IMG/VR virus record: IMGVR_UViG_2687453420_000002
Location: 35,126 to 99,125 of that record
Strand: one strand, 5' to 3'
DNA from: a virus
Taxonomy: Duplodnaviria > Caudoviricetes
Length of the DNA stretch: 64,000 bases
Both the position numbers and the translations under genes were made by a program. Positions 1 through 9,739 of this stretch are shown in pieces. The notes below the pieces were generated by a model. That model ran no database searches. It was not told the origin of the DNA and worked only from the letters and a program-made list of their open reading frames with translations. Numbering within the stretch: position 1 is the first letter of the stretch; each line of letters starts with the position of its first letter.

Positions 1-242
1 CCTAAAAAGAAACGTGCCTGCTTATGAATTAATGGTTTTATTTTATTATCTATAACTTGTGAAGGAATGTAATCCAAATCATCAGCATTTATCCAACTTT
101 GACCTAATAGAATTTCATCTAACAAAGCTTTATCTTTATCAGTTACTGCACCATGATAAAAATAATAATTAGTCTTAATTTTTTCTAATTCCTTCTTTTG
201 CTCGTTGGTAAACTTTAATAAGGTTTGCTTTATATCTTCCAT
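1..242 (-). CDS. Portal protein of phage A, 5' part (runs off the window)
   Basis: ATG overlaps terL stop; manual translation [10 protein letters not shown]...NKIKPLIHKQARFFL resembles portal B (NKVKPLLKKQARWMF). Confidence 0.8.
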   Translation of the reverse strand, partial: MEDIKQTLLKFTNEQKKELEKIKTNYYFYHGAVTDKDKALLDEILLGQSWINADDLDYIPSQVIDNKIKPLIHKQARFFL

Positions 243-1699
243 TAAAACACCTTTTCTCCTTTCTTTTTATATTGTTTAAGATTATTATTCTTAAGTCCTA
301 TACCTTTGTTGTATACTTCTTTGTTATAAGTAACAGTTCTATCATAGAATGTTAATACAACTGCATCCGCTCTATCCGGAGAAGTTAAGCCTCTTTCTTT
401 CATATCTTTCTTACTTTCTAAAGCTATTTTCCCTCTACTTGTAATTCTATATTTTCTAGTAGATAGCTGGCTTATTAATTTTTCATCTTCTGGAAGTTGT
501 ATTTTACGTGTCTCATTTCGCATATAAGCTGAGAAGTTTTCTTCAAGTATGTCTTTAACTTCTCCCCAAGTACATGCTCCTAAGTTTTCAAAATGTTCAT
601 CATATGAAGCACTACCATTATTTACTGGAATAACTTCTATAGGTAGGTTTTGTTCCTTTACTACTTCTTTTAATCTATCTGTTACCCCTCCACCTACTCC
701 AGTATCATCTATCTTAGCTTTACACTTTTTTAATGAAGGAAACTTTTCCATATATTCTTTAAATGTAGTAATTACGTATCCTACTGTAGTCATTGTATCT
801 TGTTTACTATAACAATTAAGTTTAAATACTTTATCACCTATTCTTGGAGCTATAACAGTTTCATCATCACCAAATCTAGATACATCCACACCCAAATGAA
901 GAATATCACCTACTGGATCTAATATAAATTTAGTAGCAAGTTCTGCATATTCTAAAGATATAAATGTATCAAGTTCCCCTTTAGGAAATTCGCCTAAAAC
1001 TCTTACCCTATAAACATCACTATTCTCATGGTATTTCTCCTTAAGCATTTCAATGTTTTCTTTTGAAGTTCTAGGACTGTCCAAGCTACTAACTTTATGT
1101 GTTTTGTAGTGAGATCTATCTCTATTATGACTATCATAAAAAACTCCACTTGTTTTATTTGGGTTTCCACACATTAAGAGTTTATTTTCTGCTCCTGATA
1201 AAGTACCAAGTATAGCTTCCATAATAGGATCAGCAACACCAGAAGCTTCATCAACTATAAAAAGCATATAATCTTCATGGAATCCTTGCATATTCTCTGG
1301 CTTTGTTGCAGTTTTAGCAGTAGCAAACCATCTTTCCTCTTCACCAATCATATATATTTTAGTCTTGGTCCATTTAAGAAAATCTTTAACTTTGCTTTTG
1401 TTAAGCCATTTAGCAACCTCTGCCCAAAGTACATCATATAATTGCTGCATTGTTGGGGCTGTTGCCACTACTTTAGGAAATGGTCTACAACATAAAAACC
1501 AAATAATAATAGCAGCTTCCAGACCTGTCTTTCCTACTCCTTGACCACTTCTTACTGATACTTTAGAACTATTAGCTATATCCATCATTACTTTAGATTG
1601 CCATTCATCAGGGTGAAAATCTAACATATCTTCAGCAAAAGCTACTGGATTATCCCAATAAATATCTAATAACTCAACAAATATATTAGAATCATCCAT
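242..1699 (-). CDS. terL: Terminase large subunit (phage A)
   Basis: Walker A SGQGVGKT, Walker B FIVDEA, nuclease motifs [10 protein letters not shown] and SPDRADA. Confidence 0.92.
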   Translation of the reverse strand: MDDSNIFVELLDIYWDNPVAFAEDMLDFHPDEWQSKVMMDIANSSKVSVRSGQGVGKTGLEAAIIIWFLCCRPFPKVVATAPTMQQLYDVLWAEVAKWLNKSKVKDFLKWTKTKIYMIGEEERWFATAKTATKPENMQGFHEDYMLFIVDEASGVADPIMEAILGTLSGAENKLLMCGNPNKTSGVFYDSHNRDRSHYKTHKVSSLDSPRTSKENIEMLKEKYHENSDVYRVRVLGEFPKGELDTFISLEYAELATKFILDPVGDILHLGVDVSRFGDDETVIAPRIGDKVFKLNCYSKQDTMTTVGYVITTFKEYMEKFPSLKKCKAKIDDTGVGGGVTDRLKEVVKEQNLPIEVIPVNNGSASYDEHFENLGACTWGEVKDILEENFSAYMRNETRKIQLPEDEKLISQLSTRKYRITSRGKIALESKKDMKERGLTSPDRADAVVLTFYDRTVTYNKEVYNKGIGLKNNNLKQYKKKGEKVF

Positions 1700-2387
1700 T
1701 TGAATTCACCTCAGATTGCTGCTTCTTCTTTTCTCTACGTTTAGCAATCTCCTGAATAGCTGATTTCCAATCCTTAATTCCAGCCTTAGATTTTTCTTTA
1801 TCTAATCCTTCTAATTCTAAATAGTTTTTAACTAAACTTCTTAACTCTGATATAGCTCTACTTTGAGCATTAAGAAAAGTAGCCTGTCTATCCCATGCAA
1901 ATTGAAATTCATATTCTACTTCTTTTGATGAGCTTTTATCGCCCCATGAATCTTTTGTCTTTTTCAATTCCTTTATCATTTCTTCTTTTTCTGTTACATA
2001 CATAATTCTTTGAGATCTTACTATTGCTGCATACTGTATCATTATTTGATCCCATAATATATCTAAAGGTTTCTTAGTCTCTATTTCTTCCATTATCCCT
2101 AAAGTTTCCTCCGGTAAATACTTAGAGAAAAATCCATGTTTCTCCGCATTCTTATTCTTTGCTGGAGCTCCATGTCCTACTGCATTCTTATTATTTAAGG
2201 GTGCACCCTTTTTATTTTTGTGTGCACCCTTCTGTTTTTTCTCTTCTGACCAACCATATCTTTTCACCCAAGACTTAATTGTATTTAAACTAACTGAATA
2301 CTTTTTAGCTAAGTCTTTATATTTCATACCTTTAAGATAATCTTTCTTAGCCTGTTCTTTAGTATCTGGTCCTCTTATACTTTCCAT
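1692..2387 (-). CDS. terS: Terminase small subunit (phage A)
   Basis: N-terminal HTH ([14 protein letters not shown]), GAPxxNKNA repeats, upstream of terL. Confidence 0.88.
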   Translation of the reverse strand: MESIRGPDTKEQAKKDYLKGMKYKDLAKKYSVSLNTIKSWVKRYGWSEEKKQKGAHKNKKGAPLNNKNAVGHGAPAKNKNAEKHGFFSKYLPEETLGIMEEIETKKPLDILWDQIMIQYAAIVRSQRIMYVTEKEEMIKELKKTKDSWGDKSSSKEVEYEFQFAWDRQATFLNAQSRAISELRSLVKNYLELEGLDKEKSKAGIKDWKSAIQEIAKRREKKKQQSEVNSNG

Positions 2388-2483
2388 ACCACCACCTCAT
2401 TGCTAGTTGCTTTGTTTGTTTTGTATATAAAAAAGAGCCCTTATGAGCTCTTTGTTAAATTAATATGTTTTACTACAATTTAA

Positions 2484-2723
2484 TTAATCAAAATCCCTAT
2501 CAACTTCAATTACCTGTCCTGTGTTAGCATTTATTTTTACTTCATAAATTCCAGCAGTGGTTCTAATGCTAACCTCGTAAACTAATATGCCATCTTCAAC
2601 ATCTAACTCAACTCTTACTACCTGTCCTGGAACCTGCTGTAGTGCAATTTGCACAGCTGCTTCACTACTAATGCGATAGCTTCTCCAGTATCCATCCCAT
2701 AAAGCATAATAATTAGGTATCAT
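2484..2723 (-). CDS. PepSY-domain small protein
   Basis: ISSEAAVQIAL...VYEV...EVKINANTGQVI; near-identical copy at 58969. Confidence 0.8.
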   Translation of the reverse strand: MIPNYYALWDGYWRSYRISSEAAVQIALQQVPGQVVRVELDVEDGILVYEVSIRTTAGIYEVKINANTGQVIEVDRDFD

Positions 2724-2838
2724 TATAAAATCATCTTCCTTTTCAATATTTACATGATTATTATATTCAATTATTTAAAGATTAGTGACTTTTAGCAATA
2801 TATACTTTTAAGTTATCTCCTTACTTAACACTCTTATT

Positions 2839-3048
2839 CTATTTTCCCCATGTTCTCTGCTTTATACTGCCACCCTTACCCCTACAATAACTATCATGGC
2901 TCATAAGATCCATAACATCAGAAAAGGAGAGGTCCTCTTTCTTACCTCTCCTAGATTTTTTCTTATTCTGCTTTCTATTTTTATTCAATTTCTTGTGCAT
3001 TCCTGGTTGTTGTATTTCTATTATTTTTCCTACCTTCAAACCTCTCAC
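2839..3048 (-). CDS. Basic conserved phage hypothetical protein
   Basis: Homolog at 59324. Confidence 0.65.
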   Translation of the reverse strand: MRGLKVGKIIEIQQPGMHKKLNKNRKQNKKKSRRGKKEDLSFSDVMDLMSHDSYCRGKGGSIKQRTWGK

Positions 3049-3099
3049 CTCTTATCTATGTAATATGAATATAATCTCCTAGGCTGTTTTAGGTATGTA

Positions 3100-3133
3100 A
3101 AAAGCACCTAAGGTTTATATTCCTTAAGTGCTC
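3100..3133 (-). terminator. Intrinsic terminator
   Basis: gcacctaagg/ccttaagtgc stem with A/T tail; same element at ~59580-59612. Confidence 0.65.
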
Positions 3134-3194
3134 ATACACAATATTATATTATCAATATTTTTCCTCTAAATATATTTATTTTAATATTTAGCGT

Positions 3195-3632
3195 TTATTC
3201 TAAAACTGTTGGTTTTATTTTCTCTTGTCCTCTTAATACCTGAAGTGCTTCTGCTACCTTTCTAGCAAAGTTTAAAGGTCTATCTATTGATTCAAAGTGA
3301 ATATACATAAGTCTTGGATCATCAAATAACCAATGATTATGAAGTGCAGTAACTAATATTCCATTTTCTCTTAAAATAGATATAAAATCATTTATTTCTT
3401 CTTGAAGAATAACTGTTTCACCTAAATTAAGAGTTCTACCTGCATTATCAGGAGCCTCAAATGAAAACATCGCCATTAAAGCTAATGGTGAATGAGTTCG
3501 TCTCCTCAATATTTCTGCATCAATATCTCTAATAAACATTACTGTACAAACATTATCAGCTGTACTTAGAATTTCAGCTCCAAGTATATCAGCAAACTTT
3601 GCACAGGTTCTACAAAAATCTCTCATAATCAT
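3195..3632 (-). CDS. DUF1259 (LppY/LpqO-like) protein, moron
   Basis: GETVILQEEIN and VTALHNHWLFDDPRLMYIH motifs. Confidence 0.8.
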   Translation of the reverse strand: MIMRDFCRTCAKFADILGAEILSTADNVCTVMFIRDIDAEILRRRTHSPLALMAMFSFEAPDNAGRTLNLGETVILQEEINDFISILRENGILVTALHNHWLFDDPRLMYIHFESIDRPLNFARKVAEALQVLRGQEKIKPTVLE

Positions 3633-3695
3633 TTCCTCCTATTTTTTTATCTTAAGCTTTTCAATATTATATAGATAGCTTGTCTCTATATAAAT

Positions 3696-3723
3696 ATAAT
3701 ATGAAACTTATTTATAAGCGTGC
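3696..3723 (-). promoter_or_regulatory. SigK-type promoter for the DUF1259 gene
   Basis: Minus strand AC-N16-CATATTAT fits the sigK consensus AC-N16-CATAnnnT. Confidence 0.6.
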
Positions 3724-4237
3724 ATAAATGTTATTTTATAGCTAAATAATAGGAGATTAAAAAACACCCAGAAATTAATCTAAGTGCTTTTTAGTACATA
3801 CACAATATATTATATTTTTTTATTTTAACCCCTAGTGATAAGCTAGGAATTATTGCTATCGTTCCCTTTTAAATGGCAGTTCTTTTCCATCTACTAAGTT
3901 ATCAGCTTAGATTTTTGCACTGTGGATAGCTCACACTTTAGATTATAATAAGATTCTTCTTAAAACATATATTGCATATCAGAAAACATAATTTATAAAC
4001 TCCATTCTTTTCATAAAAAAGTAATTTGTTTATTCCTTATATTTTGTACTAATACACAATATATTCTACTGTTCTTACAACTTGGTAAGTCAGCTTAATG
4101 TTATCAGCAAGTGCTTGTAGGCTAAGTCTTACCCATGCAATAACATTATCAATATTTCACTCCTCTTATGCTACCTACTGACACATAAGAATCATAGCTA
4201 CTATTTCTACTACTTTGTTATGGGCATTTATCCCCAT

Positions 4238-4322
4238 TGGCACCGGCGGAGGAATTGAACCTCATTCTCCAAGTCATGTTATCGCTAGCTTCTTGGTGCG
4301 TTACCATTACGCTACAACCGGC
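4238..4322 (-). tRNA. tRNA-like element with an 18-nt anticodon loop; identity not assignable
   Basis: Acceptor stem with 3' CCA, D arm GCGT-AATGGTA-ACGC, T arm GAGG-TTCAATT-CCTC, anticodon stem CCAAG/CTTGG. Confidence 0.75.
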
Positions 4323-4420
4323 ATAAATAGGAAGCACCCAAATTAATGGATGCTTTGCAGTTGCGCTTTATTTAATTTGTACGATAAAATCCTCTTTCTA
4401 TTATAACTTTCCTTAATACC

Positions 4421-4454
4421 ATAATAACACATATAATTCGGTATTTTCGGTGTA
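4421..4454 (-). promoter_or_regulatory. Putative late promoter of phage A
   Basis: TGtTATTAT extended -10 preceded by two CCGAA repeats at 9-bp period, directly after the activator gene. Confidence 0.55.
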
Positions 4455-4455
4455 A

Positions 4456-4956
4456 TTATAAATTATTTAAATATTTATCATGTATTTCTTTTCTAGGATA
4501 ACTTTCATGACATTTTCCGATTCTTATAGCTATTGCCTGCCAACTTAATCTATCAATATATCTATATTGAAACACTCTTCTTGTTTTTGAATCTGGAATA
4601 GTGTTTATGAATTCTTCTATCTGTAGTTTCATATCTTCACATTTATTTTTTCTTTTGCTTAATAGATTATTTAATTTAATTAATCTTTCTTCTTTTTTAT
4701 CTGCTTCCGGATAATTATACCCTTCAATAGTAAATTTTCTTTCTGTATAAGGAAAAACATTGCTAGATCCTTTAACACTGTCTTGTTCAATTTTAATCTT
4801 TTTATTCTCTAATTTCTCAATTCTATTTTCAAGTTCACTTATTTCTACTTTTAAATCATTGTATTGTTTTAATAAAAATGTAGTATCCTTCATGCTTGTC
4901 CTCCTACTCATAGAATCTATTTTTTCCCCACATTTTAGTGCGAGGCTTATTTTCAC
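4456..4956 (-). CDS. RinA/ArpU-like late transcriptional activator (true start probably MKDTT)
   Basis: Coiled coil plus C-terminal RRVFQYRYID.LSWQAIA HTH; upstream of the packaging operon. Confidence 0.75.
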   Translation of the reverse strand: MKISLALKCGEKIDSMSRRTSMKDTTFLLKQYNDLKVEISELENRIEKLENKKIKIEQDSVKGSSNVFPYTERKFTIEGYNYPEADKKEERLIKLNNLLSKRKNKCEDMKLQIEEFINTIPDSKTRRVFQYRYIDRLSWQAIAIRIGKCHESYPRKEIHDKYLNNL

Positions 4957-5122
4957 CTAATTTCCTAGCTAAGGCTGCTAATTCATTTAGCTTGTCTTTG
5001 TTGAATTCACCTAATAGGTTAGCAATCTGCATCATATCTGCATCAAATTTTCTAAATTTATTCTTCTGTTCTTCTGTTAATTTTAATCCAGCTAAATCAA
5101 ATTCATCTAACGTACCATTCAT
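4904..5122 (-). CDS. Hypothetical protein
   Basis: Coupled ORF; frameshifted homolog at ~61548-61772. Confidence 0.6.
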   Translation of the reverse strand: MNGTLDEFDLAGLKLTEEQKNKFRKFDADMMQIANLLGEFNKDKLNELAALARKLGENKPRTKMWGKNRFYE

Positions 5123-5310
5123 ACCGCCTTCACCTTCCTAATTTCTTTTCCTTTTAGGTTGTAGACTATTCCATGTTGAAAATCTATCTTTGCTTTTATT
5201 CTTTTTCTGCCTCTCTTTAAAATGCATGGATAAGTTATTGTATAATTTTCCTCAAATAGCTTTAGTTCCCCATTAAAGTACTTGTCCAATTTATTTCTCC
5301 ATGCTTCCAT
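5119..5310 (-). CDS. Hypothetical protein
   Basis: RBS; homolog at 61769. Confidence 0.7.
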   Translation of the reverse strand: MEAWRNKLDKYFNGELKLFEENYTITYPCILKRGRKRIKAKIDFQHGIVYNLKGKEIRKVKAV

Positions 5311-5399
5311 GATTAATCCCTCCTTTGTATTATTGTTTTAATACTCTAGTACAGTTAAGGTGCAGAAATGCATAGTTTAATCCCTACACCTATTTAGTT

Positions 5400-5626
5400 T
5401 TAAAACTGTCTTTTCCAAATAACTCTTATATTCTTATATTTTTCTTGTAGTTTTTCAAATAATTCAGTTACTTGTAATCCAGTATTTCTCCATTACAGAA
5501 CCAAACTCCATACTCACTATCTTTACTAGGCTTTCTATATCTTAATTGGAGCTTTTTATCATCACATTGTAAGTTAACATTGCAATGTGTCATTAGCACT
5601 AAATAAACATTATCTCTTTTCGCCAC
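5400..5626 (-). pseudogene. Small hypothetical gene with a 1-bp frameshift
   Basis: RBS then GTG MAKRDNVYL...; adding one A near 5486 extends the frame to ...IRVIWKRQF. Confidence 0.5.
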
Positions 5627-5702
5627 TATTTTCCCTCCTTACTTTTAACCCCTAATACTCTTTTTCTGCTTTCTCTATTTCTTTTGCAAGTTCTGGATTA
5701 TT

Positions 5703-6698
5703 TTAAGATATTTTCTTATATTCATGTTTTATGTTTTCTTCTGATAATTCTGCATATATCTGTGTAGTCGCAGGATTTTCATGCCCCATAAGATGTTGTA
5801 TAACCGGCAATGGCATACCTGCATTTAGTTTGCTGGTAGCAAAAGAATGTCTAAATAAATGAGGATAAATAGATTTGTTTATGCCTGCTCTATCCGCAAT
5901 TTTTTTAATCTCTCTTTGAACACTTCTACCACCCAATCTATTATGTGGACTTTTTGAAGTAACAAATAATGCTTCATTATTATCTTTTCTTCTATTTAAA
6001 TATTTTTTCAAATATATTTTGGTTTTAATATTAAAATAAACCTTGCGTTCTTTATCACCCTTACCTATTACATTTAAAGACATTTCATACCAGTTTATGT
6101 CATCTTTATTTACTCCAACCACCTCTGATAATCTGCACCCAGTAGATATTAAAAATTCTACTAGTGCCTTTTCTCTATCTGTTTTAGAAGCCTGCCTTAA
6201 AAGTTCTACTTCCTCTTCTGTCATAGCATGTCTTAATCTCTTTGGTTCTTTAGTTTGTTTTAGCTTCTTTGCTGGATTTTTAGGTATATACTCTTCATCT
6301 GCAAGCCAACCAAAGAAACTTTTTAGTATAGAGATTTGTCCATTTACACTAGTTGCTCTCATGTTCTTGCATCTAACCGCTAAGAACATTCTTAAATCCA
6401 TAGTAGTAATAGTTCCCAGTGGTTTTCTTAAGTGATCTGCAAATATTGCTAAATTATATTGATAGTTTTTTAATGTTTTTAAGCTTAAGCCATCCAGCTT
6501 CTTAGATGCTAAGTATATTTGTAATTTTTCTTCTATATCACTTGTTACTAGACCTGTCTCCTCTGGCAATACACGGTATTTATACAATACTTCTTCTGCT
6601 ATAGTTCTAACCTTCCGCTGGTCTATTTCTGGAAATTCTAAAGATAGCTTGCCCACTAATTTAATTACAACTTCTTCTTTACTACTTGAACTGTACAT
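5703..6698 (-). CDS. XerC/D-like tyrosine recombinase (phage A)
   Basis: Catalytic residues present: TGCRLSE, GKGDK, HLFRH, MGH, TTQIY. Confidence 0.93.
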   Translation of the reverse strand: MYSSSSKEEVVIKLVGKLSLEFPEIDQRKVRTIAEEVLYKYRVLPEETGLVTSDIEEKLQIYLASKKLDGLSLKTLKNYQYNLAIFADHLRKPLGTITTMDLRMFLAVRCKNMRATSVNGQISILKSFFGWLADEEYIPKNPAKKLKQTKEPKRLRHAMTEEEVELLRQASKTDREKALVEFLISTGCRLSEVVGVNKDDINWYEMSLNVIGKGDKERKVYFNIKTKIYLKKYLNRRKDNNEALFVTSKSPHNRLGGRSVQREIKKIADRAGINKSIYPHLFRHSFATSKLNAGMPLPVIQHLMGHENPATTQIYAELSEENIKHEYKKIS

Positions 6699-6805
6699 AT
6701 AAATACCTCCTTGTATATTGCCATTAAGTCCAGTTTAATTTTTATTTATATCCTGGATCTAATCTTTATTTCTGGACCTTATATTTGCAACGCGATATTA
6801 AAAAC

Positions 6806-6982
6806 TTAATCTTCTAATATAAAACATATAGGATCACCATGTTTATGTTTAACATCACTAGGGCAAATCAAAGCTTTCCTATTTACTATTCCTTCATTTA
6901 TAAATTCAATAGTTTTCTTTTTATATGGACATGTATATCTTCCATTTTTAAGCTCCATATATTTGCAAATGTACTTTAGCAT
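6806..6982 (-). CDS. 58-aa hypothetical protein (not in ORF track)
   Basis: AAGGAGG RBS; MLKYICKYMELKNGRYTCPY... Confidence 0.6.
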   Translation of the reverse strand: MLKYICKYMELKNGRYTCPYKKKTIEFINEGIVNRKALICPSDVKHKHGDPICFILED

Positions 6983-7013
6983 AAATTCCTCCTTAATATC
7001 TTTGAATTGCCAA

Positions 7014-7829
7014 CTAAACCATTCTTTCTTCTGACTTTTTATATATTTGTTTTACTTCTGATTTAGGTATTTTCACATAATGTTTTCTAAATAACATTTT
7101 TTCTTCTTCATCTTCTGGCTCATAAATATCAAAATTTTTACCTCTGACTTTTTGCTTATGCATAGTGTAAAAATCACCTTTATCAGCATAACCTTCTAAT
7201 GGATTTTCATTTCTATCATCCCAACTATGATCAAATTCAACTATTTCTCCATCATTGAATTCCATATACCATTTATGGAGTGTATGTTTAAATTTTCTTA
7301 TTTCACATTGAATTAAAGAGTTATAGTCCTTAAAATATTCTTCTGTATAGCCATAATACAATCTACAAAGGCTATCACAATATCTAATCCACATTTCATT
7401 ATCACCAAAATTAGGCATCCAATATTCTTCAACATTTGGATTAAACCCTGGAACTTCACCATCAATAGAATATTTTAAATACATTTTTAAAATATATCTT
7501 GATTTATCTGCACAACATGCCGAACCTTCTCTTAATTCACATAAATTTCTTATATGATTTTCTAAGAAACTATAATTTACATAAATAAAATTAGGTTTAT
7601 TTTTATCTTTACAAATAGATGGTTCATGCAATGTACTTGCTAATAGTTTCATACCTTTTTTCAATCTATAATTGATAAAGCAATCAAAATATTCAGGATT
7701 GTTTATTTTAACCTTACTTTCTTTTGCATGATTAATCGCTTCTCCAAATATATTTATTGTTTCCTCTTCCGATTTTGCGTTTAATGCATCAAATAAACTT
7801 GTAAGGCATTTAGTCATTTCAGTATCCAT
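7014..7829 (-). CDS. Hypothetical protein
   Basis: 271-aa ORF with RBS; no family recognised. Confidence 0.75.
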   Translation of the reverse strand: MDTEMTKCLTSLFDALNAKSEEETINIFGEAINHAKESKVKINNPEYFDCFINYRLKKGMKLLASTLHEPSICKDKNKPNFIYVNYSFLENHIRNLCELREGSACCADKSRYILKMYLKYSIDGEVPGFNPNVEEYWMPNFGDNEMWIRYCDSLCRLYYGYTEEYFKDYNSLIQCEIRKFKHTLHKWYMEFNDGEIVEFDHSWDDRNENPLEGYADKGDFYTMHKQKVRGKNFDIYEPEDEEEKMLFRKHYVKIPKSEVKQIYKKSEERMV

Positions 7830-7884
7830 AATTTCACTCCTTCACATTAATTTCAGCTCCTGCGGCTGCTCTTTGAATTGTGAC

Positions 7885-8100
7885 TTATTTAGTGATGACA
7901 ACATCTAATCCAATACTGACAACACTCTTTATTATGTTATTAATGTTTTTATCTATATTATCAACATTCATAGTGATTTCGTCTAATACTTCATTATCTT
8001 TCAAATTATTTTCTTGCCCTACTGCATTGAATAATTCTTGTGCATCTTTTTTATTTAGTTGTAAACTGCTAAAGTCTATTAATATTTTCATTTTCTCCAT
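7885..8100 (-). CDS. Hypothetical protein
   Basis: AGGAGG RBS; 71 aa. Confidence 0.6.
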   Translation of the reverse strand: MEKMKILIDFSSLQLNKKDAQELFNAVGQENNLKDNEVLDEITMNVDNIDKNINNIIKSVVSIGLDVVITK

Positions 8101-8146
8101 CCTCCTAATGCTTTGTACTTATTTCTGAATTACGTCATATTGCAAT

Positions 8147-8953
8147 TTAAACTATAGATAACTGTTCACATTCAGCTTTATTTTTTATTAGCATTTGCTC
8201 TTGCGCTTTTTTATAAAATTCTTTAGATACTTCAAATCCGTAACTACTTCTATTTAGTTCCATACAAGCCCTTAATGTACTTCCACTCCCTGCCACGGGG
8301 TCTATTACAACATCCCCTTCATCAGTAAAAATTTCTATAAGTTGCTTTAATAAAGCTATTGGTTTTTGTGTAGGATGAACTTTTGGATATTCTTTTTTAC
8401 TATCGCGTTTCCACTCAAACCAATTAAAAATCATTTTCCCTTTTCCTGTTTCTTTTTTACCATTGTTAAACTTAGGTAATTTATCTCTATATAATACGAC
8501 TGCATGTTCCGTAGCTCCAACTATTTTCATATTTGCCTTTAATACCTGTGCTGAATAATTTTTAATAAAGAATAATGGATAACTGTTTTTAAACCCATGC
8601 TTTTTACCATATTCAATAACTGTAGGAATTTGTTCAAAAGAACAAAATACAATCATAGCAGGTGCTTTTCCTCTTTCTTTTGGCTCTTTTATTAATAATC
8701 TGTTACAAAAATGAAAGTATTCAGCTATGTTAAAATTCTCATCTGTATTAAAGAATGTCTTTCCAGCTTTCTTACTTTCTCCATTCTTGTTATTTCCTCC
8801 TATATACCATTCTGGATTACTTCCATATGCATTCTTTCCTATGTTGTATGGAATATCTGCTATTACTAATTGTGCTTTTGGAATATTGTATCTTTTATAG
8901 TTTTGAAAATTATCATTATATAATTCTGTTTTAATTTTTTTATTATTTTCCAT
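8147..8953 (-). CDS. DNA N6-adenine/N4-cytosine methyltransferase (beta order)
   Basis: DIPY catalytic motif, HPTQKP, DPVAGSGST SAM-binding motif. Confidence 0.9.
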   Translation of the reverse strand: MENNKKIKTELYNDNFQNYKRYNIPKAQLVIADIPYNIGKNAYGSNPEWYIGGNNKNGESKKAGKTFFNTDENFNIAEYFHFCNRLLIKEPKERGKAPAMIVFCSFEQIPTVIEYGKKHGFKNSYPLFFIKNYSAQVLKANMKIVGATEHAVVLYRDKLPKFNNGKKETGKGKMIFNWFEWKRDSKKEYPKVHPTQKPIALLKQLIEIFTDEGDVVIDPVAGSGSTLRACMELNRSSYGFEVSKEFYKKAQEQMLIKNKAECEQLSIV

Positions 8954-9212
8954 TGTTCTTGTTCCTCCTCGTCAGGAGGCACGGCCGTGCTTTTTATCTA
9001 GAATTACTCCATTTTATTTTTTAAAATTTAGTTCGTCCAATTTTCATTCTTAGACCTATTTTTGAAATACGGCTATTGAATTTTCTAAATCATCTTTGCT
9101 TATTTTTGATATATTAATTACTGTCCTATATTTTTGTATATAATTTGTTAAATGACTATATTTATTGAATAAAAAAGCATCCAGTGCAAACAATATAAAA
9201 GGGTGATAAATT

Positions 9213-9365
9213 ATGATAGTATCTTTTAAAAGAAATCTAGGAAATACTGATAGAACAGTAAGAATAATATTAGGTTCATTGCTTTTAGTAGAAGGAATAC
9301 TTGGTTACTGAATTATTTTAGATATGCTAGGTTGGTCAACCTATAAATCTGAAAATAAAGGTTAA
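9213..9365 (+). CDS. DUF2892/YgaP-like small membrane protein, probable selenoprotein (TGA at 9309-9311)
   Basis: KRNLGNTDRTVRIILG...GILGY[TGA]IILDMLGWST; TGA at the family's conserved Cys; SECIS-like hairpin follows. Confidence 0.65.
9313..9358 (+). promoter_or_regulatory. Bacterial SECIS-like stem-loop
   Basis: TAGGTT-GGTC-AACCTA on lower stem TTATTTTAGAT/ATCT(G)AAAATAA; loop starts 22 nt after the TGA. Confidence 0.6.
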
Positions 9366-9586
9366 ATAATCGTCCATTTCTAGTATTTTTTATTAAGCAA
9401 TTTTTGTTATCCAAGCACTATCTCTAATGTATTTGTTAGTGTATAACCATGAACACCAATAAATGTAAAACAAATTTATTTGCTAACATCACATTATTCA
9501 AATTTCAAAGAACATTATCCTTATCTGCATTTTCAAGAGTTACGTCGCTTTAATTTCAAATTATCCCTCCAATATTAGTATTTCTA

Positions 9587-9739
9587 TTATTCTTCTCTAT
9601 CGCTTAAACACTCTTCACAAAACCCAAGATGCTCAAGATAACAATCTTTACAAAGCGTTACCTCGCATATATCACAACTAAATTGGTCATACACTGCTAA
9701 TGTATTATCAATTTCTTTTCCACAATCCCAACAAATCAT
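9587..9739 (-). CDS. 50-aa Cys-rich zinc-finger-like protein (not in ORF track)
   Basis: GGAGG RBS; four CxxC motifs (CWDC, CDIC, CKDC, CEEC). Confidence 0.65.
   Translation of the reverse strand: MICWDCGKEIDNTLAVYDQFSCDICEVTLCKDCYLEHLGFCEECLSDREE

Noticed and set aside
5703-6698. Tyrosine recombinase as the prophage integrase marking an end
   Set aside because: It lies mid-genome in both phages with phage genes continuing past it; the serine integrase and att-like site sit beside the repressor.
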